The notes under the pieces: generated by a model
Database searches by the model: none
What the model saw: the letters and a program-made list of their open reading frames with translations, nothing else
Told to the model about the DNA's origin: nothing
Made by a program: the position numbers and the translations under genes
Shown: one piece after another, positions 9,750 through 18,523 of the stretch
Numbering within the stretch: position 1 is the stretch's first letter
Layout of the letters: the number at the start of each line of letters is the position of its first letter
Assembly: GCA_036307905.1 (NCBI GenBank)
Contig: JAXJWR010000239.1
Span: 1 to 25,033, forward strand
DNA from: Acutalibacteraceae bacterium
GTDB lineage: Bacteria > Bacillota > Clostridia > Oscillospirales > Acutalibacteraceae
Length of the DNA: 25,033 bases
Direction of reading: 5' to 3'

Positions 9750-10315
9750 TGAAATTTCAGAAATATAAAGAAATAATTCGCGGATTTCTTGATGATTTTA
9801 GATATAATCATTCACTCTGTGTTGCCGACGAAGCTGTGCGACTTACCAAGCTTTACGGCGGAGATTGCGACAGGGCATATCTTGCCGGTCTACTCCATGA
9901 TATTACCAAGAATTTTTCTCGCGAAGAACACTTGAAGATTATTAAAATGTTTGATATAATACTCAGCGATGTAGAGCAGAATTCAATGAAATTGTGGCAC
10001 GCCATTACAGGTGCTGCATACGTAAAAAAATTATTGCAGATAAGCGACGAAGAGATTGTTTCGTCTATTCGTTATCATACTACCGCAAAAGAACATATGT
10101 CTCATCTTGAAAAGATTATTTATCTTGCTGATTATACGTCGGCAGACAGAAATTATGATGACGTCGATGTTATGAGGAAACTCGTTAATATAGATATGGA
10201 TAAGGCTTTGCTTTATGCTCTTGAATATACCGTAAACGACCTTGAAAGCAAGGGATTTACCGTGCATCCCGATACTGCACTTGCTTATAAAGAAGTCAAA
10301 AATAAAATTGGTTAG
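9749..10315 (+). CDS. yqeK: HD-domain symmetrical Ap4A hydrolase YqeK
   Basis: RYNHSLCVA, AGLLHDITK, WHA, IRYHTT, IIYLADY. TAATG overlap with nadD and nadD-yqeK-rsfS synteny. Confidence 0.9.
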   Translation: MKFQKYKEIIRGFLDDFRYNHSLCVADEAVRLTKLYGGDCDRAYLAGLLHDITKNFSREEHLKIIKMFDIILSDVEQNSMKLWHAITGAAYVKKLLQISDEEIVSSIRYHTTAKEHMSHLEKIIYLADYTSADRNYDDVDVMRKLVNIDMDKALLYALEYTVNDLESKGFTVHPDTALAYKEVKNKIG

Positions 10316-10327
10316 AGGAGTAAAGAA

Positions 10328-10693
10328 TTGAAAACTGAGAAAATAATTGAAATTGCTGTAAATGCACTTAATGATAAAAAGGCAATGAATATTTCTGCTA
10401 TCGAGGTAGGGGAACTTACCGTTATTGCAGAGTACTTTATTATCGCAACTGCTACCTCAAGCACCCACGTAAAGGCATTGGCTGATACTGTTGAGGAAAA
10501 ACTTAGCGAAGCCGGATTTGAGCCTGATCATATCGAGGGAAAGGCCACTGGATGGATACTTCTCGATTACTGTGGTGTTGTTATCCATGTATTTACTAAA
10601 GATACTAGAGAATATTACAATCTCGACCGTATGTGGGATGACGGCAATAAAATCAATTTAGATAATATATTAACATCCGCCAGGGAGGAATAA
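10328..10693 (+). CDS. rsfS: Ribosome silencing factor RsfS
   Basis: [24 protein letters not shown]...[24 protein letters not shown] start after SD GAGGAG. Confidence 0.94.
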   Translation: MKTEKIIEIAVNALNDKKAMNISAIEVGELTVIAEYFIIATATSSTHVKALADTVEEKLSEAGFEPDHIEGKATGWILLDYCGVVIHVFTKDTREYYNLDRMWDDGNKINLDNILTSAREE

Positions 10694-10695
10694 AA

Positions 10696-13101
10696 GTGAA
10701 ATATAATTATACTGAAATCGAAAAAAAGTGGCAGGATATATGGGATAAAGAGCAAACCTTCGCCACAAAGAAGGACTATACTCTTCCCAAGTTCTTCGGA
10801 CTGGTAGAGTTTCCGTATCCTTCGGGACAGGGACTTCACGTTGGTCACCCCAGATCCTATACCGCTCTTGATATAGTTGCACGTAAGAAGCGTCTTGAAG
10901 GTTTTAACGTGCTCTATCCTATGGGATGGGATGCCTTTGGCCTTCCTACCGAAAACTTTGCAATAAAGAATCATATTCATCCCGAAATTGTTACTAAAAA
11001 CAATATTGCAAACTTCAAAAAGCAGCTTAAGAGCTTAGGCTTCTCTTTCAACTGGGATGCCGAGATTAACACAACCGATCCTTCTTATTATAAGTGGACC
11101 CAGTGGATATTCCTTAAACTGTTTGAAAAAGGTCTTGCTTATAAAAAGAAAATGCCCGTAAACTGGTGTACCTCCTGTAAGTGCGTGCTTGCAAACGAAG
11201 AGGTTGTAAACGGTGTGTGCGAACGTTGCGGAAGTGAAGTGCTCCGCAAAGAGAAGAGCCAGTGGATGCTTAAAATCACCGACTATGCAGAGAAGCTTCT
11301 TGAAGGACTTGATACGGTTGATTTTATCGACAGAGTAAAGGTTCAGCAGAGAAACTGGATTGGTCGTTCTACCGGTACTCAGATTAAATTCAGCACAACA
11401 GCAGGGGACATACTTGAGGTTTTCTCTACTAGAGCTGATACACTTTTCGGTGCTACATATATGGTTATGTCGCCCGAGCATCCTATGCTTGAAGTATGGG
11501 CCGATAAACTCAATAATTTAGACGAAATCAAGGCATATCAGGCTGCCGCTGCAAAGAAATCCGATTTTGAGCGTACCGAGCTTGCAAAGGATAAAACCGG
11601 AGTAAAGCTTGACGGTGTTATGGCAATAAATCCTGTAAACGGTAAAGAGATTCCTATCTTTATCTCAGATTACGTTCTCATTTCTTACGGTACAGGTGCG
11701 ATTATGGCTGTACCTGCTCACGATACCCGCGACTGGGAATTTGCTAAGAAATTTGATCTTCCCATTATCGAAGTGGTTGCAGGCGGAAACCCCGAAGAGG
11801 AAGCATATACCGATTGTGAAACAGGTATTATGGTGAATTCCGGATTCCTTGACGGAATGACTGTTGAACAGGCTAAAAAGGCAATCACCGACTGGCTCTC
11901 TCAGCGCAATCTTGGCAATCTTAAGGTTAATTATAAGCTTCGCGACTGGGTTTTCTCCCGTCAGCGTTATTGGGGTGAACCCATTCCGATAGTTCATTGT
12001 GAGAAGTGTGGTTATGTACCTCTCCCTGAAAGTGAACTTCCACTAATTCTGCCTATGGTAGATTCTTATGAGCCTACCGATAACGGCGAATCTCCTCTTG
12101 CAAAAATGACCGATTGGATAAATACTTCGTGTCCTAAGTGCGGTGGTAAAGCTCTCCGTGAGACCGATACAATGCCTCAGTGGGCAGGCTCCTCCTGGTA
12201 TTTCCTCCGTTACTGCGATCCTCACAACGATAAGGAGCTTGCATCTAAGGAAGCTCTCGAATACTGGATGAACGTCGATTGGTACAACGGCGGTATGGAG
12301 CATACTACCCTTCATTTGCTTTACAGCCGCTTTTGGCATAAATTCCTTTATGACATTGGCGTTGTACCTACCGCTGAGCCTTATGCCAAGCGTACAAGCC
12401 ACGGTATGATTCTGGGTGAAAACGGTGAAAAGATGTCTAAGTCTAGAGGTAACGTTGTTAATCCCGATGATATAGTTCGTGATTACGGCGCCGATACCAT
12501 GAGACTTTATGAGATGTTTATAGGAGACTTTGAAAAGGCCGCTCCATGGAAATCTGATTCTATTAAGGGTTGTAAGCGTTTCCTCGACCGTATTTGGGGT
12601 CTTACCAATATATTAGTTGAGGGTAGTAAATACTCTAAGGAACTTGAAACTGCTTTCCATAAGGCCGTTAAAAAGGTTTCCGAGGATATTGAAGGTCTTA
12701 AGATGAATACCGCCATAGCAACTCTTATGGCGCTTCTTAACGATATTTCTGCTATCGGCAGAATTAACAAGGCCGAAATGAAAACACTCCTTATACTGTT
12801 AAATCCCTTTGCACCGCATATTTCCGAGGAACTCTGGGTATCCTGTGGTTATGAGGGTATGCTCAATCAGACCAAGTGGCCCGATTACGACGAGGCAAAA
12901 TGTGTAGAAGCATCTGTCGAAATTGTTGCACAAATTAACGGAAAAATTAAAGCAAGACTTAATATTCCTGCCGATATTTCTGCTGATGATGCAATTTCTC
13001 TTGTAAAAGGCGAAGCTGCTATCGCATCTGAAATAGAAGGAAAAACCATTGTTAAGGAGCTCTACGTTCCTAAAAAACTGGTAAATATTGTCGTTAGATA
13101 A
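10696..13101 (+). CDS. leuS: Leucine--tRNA ligase
   Basis: [13 protein letters not shown] (HIGH), [10 protein letters not shown]1 editing motif [43 protein letters not shown] start after SD GGAGG. Confidence 0.98.
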   Translation: MKYNYTEIEKKWQDIWDKEQTFATKKDYTLPKFFGLVEFPYPSGQGLHVGHPRSYTALDIVARKKRLEGFNVLYPMGWDAFGLPTENFAIKNHIHPEIVTKNNIANFKKQLKSLGFSFNWDAEINTTDPSYYKWTQWIFLKLFEKGLAYKKKMPVNWCTSCKCVLANEEVVNGVCERCGSEVLRKEKSQWMLKITDYAEKLLEGLDTVDFIDRVKVQQRNWIGRSTGTQIKFSTTAGDILEVFSTRADTLFGATYMVMSPEHPMLEVWADKLNNLDEIKAYQAAAAKKSDFERTELAKDKTGVKLDGVMAINPVNGKEIPIFISDYVLISYGTGAIMAVPAHDTRDWEFAKKFDLPIIEVVAGGNPEEEAYTDCETGIMVNSGFLDGMTVEQAKKAITDWLSQRNLGNLKVNYKLRDWVFSRQRYWGEPIPIVHCEKCGYVPLPESELPLILPMVDSYEPTDNGESPLAKMTDWINTSCPKCGGKALRETDTMPQWAGSSWYFLRYCDPHNDKELASKEALEYWMNVDWYNGGMEHTTLHLLYSRFWHKFLYDIGVVPTAEPYAKRTSHGMILGENGEKMSKSRGNVVNPDDIVRDYGADTMRLYEMFIGDFEKAAPWKSDSIKGCKRFLDRIWGLTNILVEGSKYSKELETAFHKAVKKVSEDIEGLKMNTAIATLMALLNDISAIGRINKAEMKTLLILLNPFAPHISEELWVSCGYEGMLNQTKWPDYDEAKCVEASVEIVAQINGKIKARLNIPADISADDAISLVKGEAAIASEIEGKTIVKELYVPKKLVNIVVR

Positions 13102-13105
13102 TATA

Positions 13106-13143
13106 TTTCGAGGAAGTTCAAAATATTTTGAACTTCCTCGAAA
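13106..13143. repeat. Perfect 38-bp palindrome just after the leuS stop (possible hairpin terminator/3'-end stabiliser or operator)
   Basis: TTTCGAGGAAGTTCAAAAT (13106-13124) is directly followed by its exact reverse complement ATTTTGAACTTCCTCGAAA (13125-13143). Confidence 0.9.
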
Positions 13144-13149
13144 AAATGC

Positions 13150-13178
13150 TTGACATTTATTGCCTGTGTTGATATAAT
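13150..13178 (+). promoter_or_regulatory. Consensus sigma-A promoter for tRNA-Lys, with extended -10
   Basis: TTGACA 13150-13155, 17-bp spacer, TATAAT 13173-13178 preceded by TG at 13170-13171. A-tract upstream of the -35. Confidence 0.9.
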
Positions 13179-13195
13179 ATCAACGTTGCGAATTC

Positions 13196-13271
13196 GATCT
13201 ATTAGCTCAGCCGGCAGAGCACTTGACTTTTAATCAAGGTGTCCGGAGTTCGAATCTCCGATAGATCACCA
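13196..13271 (+). tRNA. tRNA-Lys (anticodon UUU), CCA encoded
   Basis: 76 nt. Acceptor stem GATCTAT/ATAGATC, D arm GCTC...GAGC, anticodon arm CTTGA-CTTTTAA-TCAAG, T arm CGGAG-TTCGAAT-CTCCG, discriminator A then CCA. Confidence 0.97.
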
Positions 13272-13299
13272 AAAAAGACCTGCAAAGCAGGTCTTTTTT
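13272..13299 (+). terminator. Intrinsic terminator after tRNA-Lys
   Basis: AAAAAGACCTGC-AAA-GCAGGTCTTTTTT: GC-rich stem followed by a U-tract. Confidence 0.88.
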
Positions 13300-13311
13300 A
13301 TTTCATAAATA

Positions 13312-13341
13312 TTGACAAAATTGTATAGAATAGGTTATAAT
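13312..13341 (+). promoter_or_regulatory. Sigma-A promoter for citrate synthase
   Basis: TTGACA 13312-13317, 18-bp spacer, TATAAT 13336-13341. SD AGGAG at 13370-13374 before ATG 13381. Confidence 0.8.
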
Positions 13342-13380
13342 ATTATGAAATAATGTTTATAGCATAATTAGGAGATAATA

Positions 13381-14745
13381 ATGTCACATAAAAAGTTTTC
13401 TGCGATTACACCCGAAATACAAGAGCTTTCTAAACTATGCTCTCAAAACGATAAAATACCACCGGAGCTTTTTGTTCAGAATAAGGTAAACAGAGGCCTG
13501 CGTGATGCAAAGGGTAAGGGTGTTCTTACAGGTCTTACCGAAATATCTACCAGCTACTCTTCTCGCGAAATCGACGGCGTCCTCACACCTATCGATGGTG
13601 AGCTCTATTATCGTGGTATCGATATTAACGAGCTTGTTGACGGTTTTCTTTCGGAGAATCGCTTTGGATTTGAGGAAACTGTTTATTTGCTTTTATTTGG
13701 CGAACTTCCCGACAAAAACCAGCTTGTAGAATTTAATAAACTTATTGCAAACAATAGGGAATTGCCCAGAAATTTTGCACGAGATGTTATAATGAAGGCA
13801 TCTAACGGCGATATTATGAACTCTCTTGCAAGAAGTGTTCTTACACTTTATTCATACGACGATTTGGCTAACGATACTTCCATACCCAACGTACTGAAGC
13901 AATCTATCAGGCTTATTTCCACCTTCCCGCTTTTAGCTATATATGCCTATCACGCATATATTCATTTCAGAAAGGGTAAGCCGCTTGTTATTCATAATCC
14001 CAATCCTAAGCTTTCTACTGCAGAAAACATTCTCAGTATGCTTCGCCCCGATAACAAGTACACCGAGCTTGAGGCTAAAATTCTTGACCTTGCTCTTGTT
14101 CTCCACGCAGAGCATGGCGGAGGTAACAACTCTACCTTTACCGATCGAGTTGTAACATCCTCGGGTACTGATACCTATTCTGCCATCGCAGCGTCTCTTT
14201 GTTCCCTTAAAGGACCTAAGCACGGCGGTGCAAACATAAAGGTTTGCCAGATGTTTGATGCTATGAAAAAGGAAATCCGCGATTGGACCGATGAGGAAGA
14301 AATTCGCGATTATCTCAAGCGTATGCTTAACAAGGAAGCGTTTGATAAATCGGGCCTTATTTATGGTATCGGTCACGCCGTATATACCGTTTCCGACCCC
14401 CGCTGTAACATCTTTAAAAACTTTGTAGAAAAGCTTGCGGAAGAAAAGGGCAGAAAGAAGGAGTTTGTTCTCTATTCAAACATCCATCGTCTTGCTCCCG
14501 AGGTAGTTGCAGAGCATAAACAGATGCAGAAAAAAGTTAGTGCAAACATCGACTTTTACAGTGGATTTGTTTATTCTATGCTTGATCTTCCCCAGGAACT
14601 TTATACACCTATTTTTGCGATTGCTCGTATCGCCGGTTGGAGTGCTCACCGCATTGAGGAACTTGTTAACTCCAGTAAGATTATACGACCCGCATACTTG
14701 AGCGTTCAACCCGAACGCCCTTACGTAAAACTCGAAGACAGATAA
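13381..14745 (+). CDS. gltA: Citrate synthase (Si-type GltA/PrpC fold)
   Basis: GELYYRG, FEETVYLLLFGELP, LHAEHGGGNNSTF, GPKHGGAN, GIGHAVY..SDPR, ANIDFYSG, FAIARIAGWSAH, IIRP. Adjacent to aconitase and IDH. Confidence 0.93.
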   Translation: MSHKKFSAITPEIQELSKLCSQNDKIPPELFVQNKVNRGLRDAKGKGVLTGLTEISTSYSSREIDGVLTPIDGELYYRGIDINELVDGFLSENRFGFEETVYLLLFGELPDKNQLVEFNKLIANNRELPRNFARDVIMKASNGDIMNSLARSVLTLYSYDDLANDTSIPNVLKQSIRLISTFPLLAIYAYHAYIHFRKGKPLVIHNPNPKLSTAENILSMLRPDNKYTELEAKILDLALVLHAEHGGGNNSTFTDRVVTSSGTDTYSAIAASLCSLKGPKHGGANIKVCQMFDAMKKEIRDWTDEEEIRDYLKRMLNKEAFDKSGLIYGIGHAVYTVSDPRCNIFKNFVEKLAEEKGRKKEFVLYSNIHRLAPEVVAEHKQMQKKVSANIDFYSGFVYSMLDLPQELYTPIFAIARIAGWSAHRIEELVNSSKIIRPAYLSVQPERPYVKLEDR

Positions 14746-14749
14746 AATT

Positions 14750-14784
14750 AAAACCGATGTATCGTTTGATACATCGGTTTTTTT
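14750..14784. terminator. Bidirectional intrinsic terminator between convergent gltA and icd
   Basis: AAAACCGATGTATC-GTTT-GATACATCGGTTTT followed by further T's. The A-tract on the left gives a shorter U-tract on the minus strand. Confidence 0.88.
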
Positions 14785-14786
14785 AA

Positions 14787-16001
14787 TTACAGCATTTCTT
14801 TAAGACGATTGTTTACTTCAACAAGGAAGTCCTCGGTATTTACTTTACGTTTGTTTTCCAGCTTTGAAAGCATATAGAGGTCACCGGTCATAACACCGTC
14901 TTCAATAGTTTTAATGGTTGCGGCTTCCAGTTTGTCTGCAAATGCCATAAGCTCGGGAAGCTCATCAAGTTCGCCACGTTTGCGAAGCGCTCCTGTCCAT
15001 GCAAAAAGGGTAGCTACGCTGTTGGTAGAGGTCTCTTCGCCCTTCAGGTGCTTGTAATAGTGTCTCTGAACGGTTCCGTGGGCGGCTTCATATTCGTATA
15101 TACCTTCGGGAGAAACAAGTACAGAGGTCATCATAGCGAGCGATCCGTAAGCTGTAGCCACCATATCAGACATAACGTCTCCGTCGTAGTTCTTGCAGGC
15201 CCAAATATATCCGCCTTCAGAACGTATAACACGTGCAACTGCATCGTCGATAAGGGTGTAGAAATATTCGATTCCAGCAGCTTCAAATTTTTCTTTATAC
15301 TCTGCCTCGAAGATTTCAGCAAATACGTCCTTAAAGTGATGGTCGTACTGTTTGGAAATGGTGTCTTTGGAAGCAAACCAGATATCCTGTTTGGTATCAA
15401 GAGCATAGTTGAAGCAGCATCTTGCAAAGGATGCAATAGAAGTGTCTTTATTGTGGACACCCTGAATAATTCCGTCGCTGTCAGCAAAATCGTATATAAG
15501 TTTTCTGGTTTCGTTGCCATCCTTGTCGGTTGCCACAAGTTCACATTTGGAGCCCTTAGAAACCTGCATTTCGGTGTTCTTATATATATCACCGTATGCG
15601 TGACGTGCAATGGTAATAGGTTTTGTCCAGGTGGGGATATAGGGTTCGATTCCCTTAACGATAATAGGAGTTCTAAACACGGTGCCGTCTAGAATTGCAC
15701 GGATGGTTCCGTTGGGGGACTTCCACATTTCCTTAAGGTTGTATTCGGTCATACGAGCGGCGTTAGGAGTAATGGTAGCACACTTAACGGCAACACCGTA
15801 TTTCTTTGTAGCTTCGGCAGAGTCAACCGTTACTTTGTCGTCGGTTTCATTTCTGTATTCCAGCCCAAGGTCGTAGTATTCCGATTTAAGGTCGATATAA
15901 GGATGAATGAGAATATCCTTAATCATTTTCCAGATGATTCTGGTCATTTCGTCTCCGTCCATTTCGACGAGAGGGGTTGTCATTTGAATTTTGTCGGCCA
16001 T
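14787..16001 (-). CDS. icd: NADP-dependent isocitrate dehydrogenase (eukaryote-like homodimeric type)
   Basis: [78 protein letters not shown] at the aconitase stop. Confidence 0.96.
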   Translation of the reverse strand: MADKIQMTTPLVEMDGDEMTRIIWKMIKDILIHPYIDLKSEYYDLGLEYRNETDDKVTVDSAEATKKYGVAVKCATITPNAARMTEYNLKEMWKSPNGTIRAILDGTVFRTPIIVKGIEPYIPTWTKPITIARHAYGDIYKNTEMQVSKGSKCELVATDKDGNETRKLIYDFADSDGIIQGVHNKDTSIASFARCCFNYALDTKQDIWFASKDTISKQYDHHFKDVFAEIFEAEYKEKFEAAGIEYFYTLIDDAVARVIRSEGGYIWACKNYDGDVMSDMVATAYGSLAMMTSVLVSPEGIYEYEAAHGTVQRHYYKHLKGEETSTNSVATLFAWTGALRKRGELDELPELMAFADKLEAATIKTIEDGVMTGDLYMLSKLENKRKVNTEDFLVEVNNRLKEML

Positions 16002-16011
16002 GATTTTCTCC

Positions 16012-17949
16012 TTATTTGCTTAATTTTTCTTTGGTATAGCTGAGAAGTCCGCCTGCAAGGACGATTTCCTTTGCACGCTCTGAAAGTTCGCAGGTTACCT
16101 TGATTTCTTTACCGTTTGTAAGATTCTTGACGGTAAGTTCATTTCCGTTTTTGATATCCTCAATAATTCCGTTAACAGAAAGCTTATCGCCAAGCGAGAT
16201 GCAGTTGTAATCATCCTCGTTTACAAATGTAAGGGGGAGAATACCTGCATTTATTAGGTTGGCTCTATGAATTCTGGCGAACGATTTAACCAGAACAGCT
16301 TTTACACCAAGATGGAGGGGAGCGAGTGCAGCATGTTCACGGGAAGAACCTTGACCATAGTTAGCTCCGCCAACGATTATGCTGGAACCGAGAGCTTCTG
16401 CACGAGCGGGAAACTCTTCATCGCAAACCGTAAAGCAATGCTTTGAAATAGCGGGAATGTTCGAGCGAAGGGGAAGTATCTTAGCTCCTGCGGGCATAAT
16501 ATGGTCGGTAGTAATATTGTCACCAACCTTAAGAGAACACTCACATTCAATGGTGTTGTCGAGGGGTTTGGTTGTGGGGAATGGCTTAATGTTGGGACCT
16601 CTAAGCACCTCAACCTTGTCCATTTCCTCCACAGGTGCGGGAGCAACAACCATATTGTCGTTAATCTCGAACTCTGCGGGAAGTTGAAAATCAGGCATAA
16701 TGCCTAGCTCTCTGGGATCGGTAAGATATCCGGTAATTGCAGATGCGGCAGCAACCTCGGGAGATACCAGATAAATCTGACCATCTTTTGTTCCGGAGCG
16801 TCCTTCAAAGTTTCTGTTGAAGGTTCTAAGAGAGACACCCTTAGAGTTGGGCGACTGACCCATACCAATGCATGGACCACAAGCACTTTCAAGAATACGG
16901 GCACCTGCATCAATCATATCGGAGAGCATACCGTTCTTAGCAATCATATTAAGAACCTGCTTAGAACCGGGAGCGATTGCGAGAGAAACCGAGGGATCGA
17001 CCGTCTTGCCTTTAAGTATGTATGCAACCTTTGTCATATCAAGAAGTGAGGAGTTTGTGCAAGAACCGATGCATACTTGATCTATCTTAAGTTTGCCAAG
17101 CTCGGTAACGCTTTTAACGTTATCGGGAGAATGGGGGCAAGCAACCATAGGTGCAAGTTTTGAAAGGTCAATAACAATATGCTCGTCGTATACTGCATCG
17201 TCATCAGCCTTAAGCTCGGTCCAAACTTCTTCTCGCTGCTGAGCTTTAAGGAATTCTTTAGTAATTTCGTCCGAGGGGAATATAGAGGTTGTAGCGCCCA
17301 GTTCTGCACCCATATTTGTTATGGTGGCACGTTCGGGAACAGAAAGAGTTTTTACGCCTTCGCCACAATATTCGATAACCTTACCAACACCGCCTTTAAC
17401 CGACATAATTCTGAGAACCTCAAGAATAACGTCTTTGGCTGCAACCCAGGGGGAAAGTTTGCCGATAAGCTCGACCTTAACTACCTTAGGATAGGTGATA
17501 TAATAAGCTCCGCCACCCATTGCTACGGCTACGTCGAGTCCACCTGCGCCGATTGCAATCATACCAATACCGCCACCGGTGGGAGTATGGCTGTCGGAAC
17601 CGATAAGAGTTTTTCCGGGAATGCCGTAACGTTCAAGATGAACCTGATGGCAAATTCCGTTACCGGGGCGTGAAAAGTAAATTCCGTGCTTTTTGGCAAC
17701 AGATCCGATAAACCTGTGGTCATCTGCATTTTCAAAGCCGGACTGGAGTGTGTTGTGGTCGATATAAGCTACAGAGCGCTCGGTTTGAACACGGGGAATA
17801 CCCATTGCTTCAAACTCAAGATAGGCCATTGTTCCTGTAGCGTCCTGTGTAAGGGTTTGGTCTATTTTAATACCAATTTCGCTTCCCTTAACAAACTCGC
17901 CGTCTACAAGGTGAGTTTTAAGAATTTTTTCAGTTAATGTAAGTCCCAT
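16012..17949 (-). CDS. Aconitate hydratase (short ~645-aa type)
   Basis: [26 protein letters not shown], Fe-S ligands IGSCTNS and [45 protein letters not shown]. Directly upstream of icd. Confidence 0.92.
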   Translation of the reverse strand: MGLTLTEKILKTHLVDGEFVKGSEIGIKIDQTLTQDATGTMAYLEFEAMGIPRVQTERSVAYIDHNTLQSGFENADDHRFIGSVAKKHGIYFSRPGNGICHQVHLERYGIPGKTLIGSDSHTPTGGGIGMIAIGAGGLDVAVAMGGGAYYITYPKVVKVELIGKLSPWVAAKDVILEVLRIMSVKGGVGKVIEYCGEGVKTLSVPERATITNMGAELGATTSIFPSDEITKEFLKAQQREEVWTELKADDDAVYDEHIVIDLSKLAPMVACPHSPDNVKSVTELGKLKIDQVCIGSCTNSSLLDMTKVAYILKGKTVDPSVSLAIAPGSKQVLNMIAKNGMLSDMIDAGARILESACGPCIGMGQSPNSKGVSLRTFNRNFEGRSGTKDGQIYLVSPEVAAASAITGYLTDPRELGIMPDFQLPAEFEINDNMVVAPAPVEEMDKVEVLRGPNIKPFPTTKPLDNTIECECSLKVGDNITTDHIMPAGAKILPLRSNIPAISKHCFTVCDEEFPARAEALGSSIIVGGANYGQGSSREHAALAPLHLGVKAVLVKSFARIHRANLINAGILPLTFVNEDDYNCISLGDKLSVNGIIEDIKNGNELTVKNLTNGKEIKVTCELSERAKEIVLAGGLLSYTKEKLSK

Positions 17950-17985
17950 CTAAAAAACTTCCTTTTTCTTTCTAATTTTCTCTAT

Positions 17986-18014
17986 ATTATATAAAATAAC
18001 TATTTATTTGTCAA
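17986..18014 (-). promoter_or_regulatory. Consensus sigma-A promoter for the aconitase-icd operon
   Basis: Minus strand: TTGACA (18014-18009), 17-bp spacer, TATAAT (17991-17986). SD-like AAGGAA before ATG 17949. Confidence 0.88.
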
Positions 18015-18027
18015 TTCATAAAAAGCG

Positions 18028-18423
18028 TTATTTTATGCACACGGAACACGATTTATAGCCTTCTGCCGTAGCTTCGTCCAGATTTTCAAAGATTCTCACG
18101 TTTTCTTCTTTGGTTTTCTTAATGTAGCGGCAGTTGGTTGTATGAAATGTTTTTGTATTCTTATTTCCGAGATATTTTCCGTTATACTTGTCTGTACTGC
18201 TGACCGAAGAGCTTACTTGTTGGTCTGAATTTTCGGAACTATTGCTCTGAACCTTGTTAACGTCTTTATATCCGTTAATTGTGTATGCTGTTTCTTCGTC
18301 GGGATATACGATTACGGGTTTGTCGAACTCTGTTGTGTAGGTTTTGGTTTTAACAGGGGAAACGATCATTAAAAATACCAAAACAAAAACTATTGCAGAA
18401 CAAATTATCTTCAATTTAATCAC
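18028..18423 (-). CDS. Small membrane-anchored/exported protein with a C-terminal Ada-like metal-binding domain
   Basis: Basic-hydrophobic N-terminus (KIICSAIVFVLVFLMIV), Ser-rich linker, then YLGNKNTKTFHTTNC...EATAEGYKSCSVC. Start is GTG 18423 or TTG 18414. Confidence 0.75.
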   Translation of the reverse strand: MIKLKIICSAIVFVLVFLMIVSPVKTKTYTTEFDKPVIVYPDEETAYTINGYKDVNKVQSNSSENSDQQVSSSVSSTDKYNGKYLGNKNTKTFHTTNCRYIKKTKEENVRIFENLDEATAEGYKSCSVCIK

Positions 18424-18430
18424 CGTTACA

Positions 18431-18459
18431 ATTATATTTTAAAAGACGATAAAAATCAA
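18431..18459 (-). promoter_or_regulatory. Putative sigma-A promoter for the Ada-like gene
   Basis: Minus strand: TTGATT (18459-18454), 17 bp, TATAAT (18436-18431). Confidence 0.65.
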
Positions 18460-18462
18460 TAC

Positions 18463-18491
18463 TTGCATTGTTATTTGTTTGGGTATAAAAT
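18463..18491 (+). promoter_or_regulatory. Putative sigma-A promoter for uvrC
   Basis: TTGCAT 18463-18468, 17 bp, TAAAAT 18486-18491. Confidence 0.55.
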
Positions 18492-18523
18492 TAAGAAAAG
18501 GTAAAGAAAAGGTGGGTGATAGT

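Noticed and set aside
11422..11460. LeuRS editing motif reads STRADT rather than TTRPDT
   Set aside because: The changes are mild, and the downstream Thr and the [12 protein letters not shown] catalytic segment are intact. No basis for claiming lost editing.
13106..13143. Palindrome as a LexA box, parS site or CRISPR repeat
   Set aside because: GTTC and GAAC are in the wrong order and spacing for LexA, it does not match the parS consensus (TGTTTCACGTGAAACA), and it is single-copy here with no spacers or cas genes.
13196..13300. tRNA-Lys as the attachment site of a genomic island
   Set aside because: No integrase or transposase, no duplicate of the tRNA 3' end seen by eye in the window, and downstream genes are core metabolism.
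15048..15692. 214-aa ORF antisense to icd
   Set aside because: It lies wholly within a well-supported gene and has no recognisable motif. Codon bias on the sense strand explains a stop-poor antisense frame.
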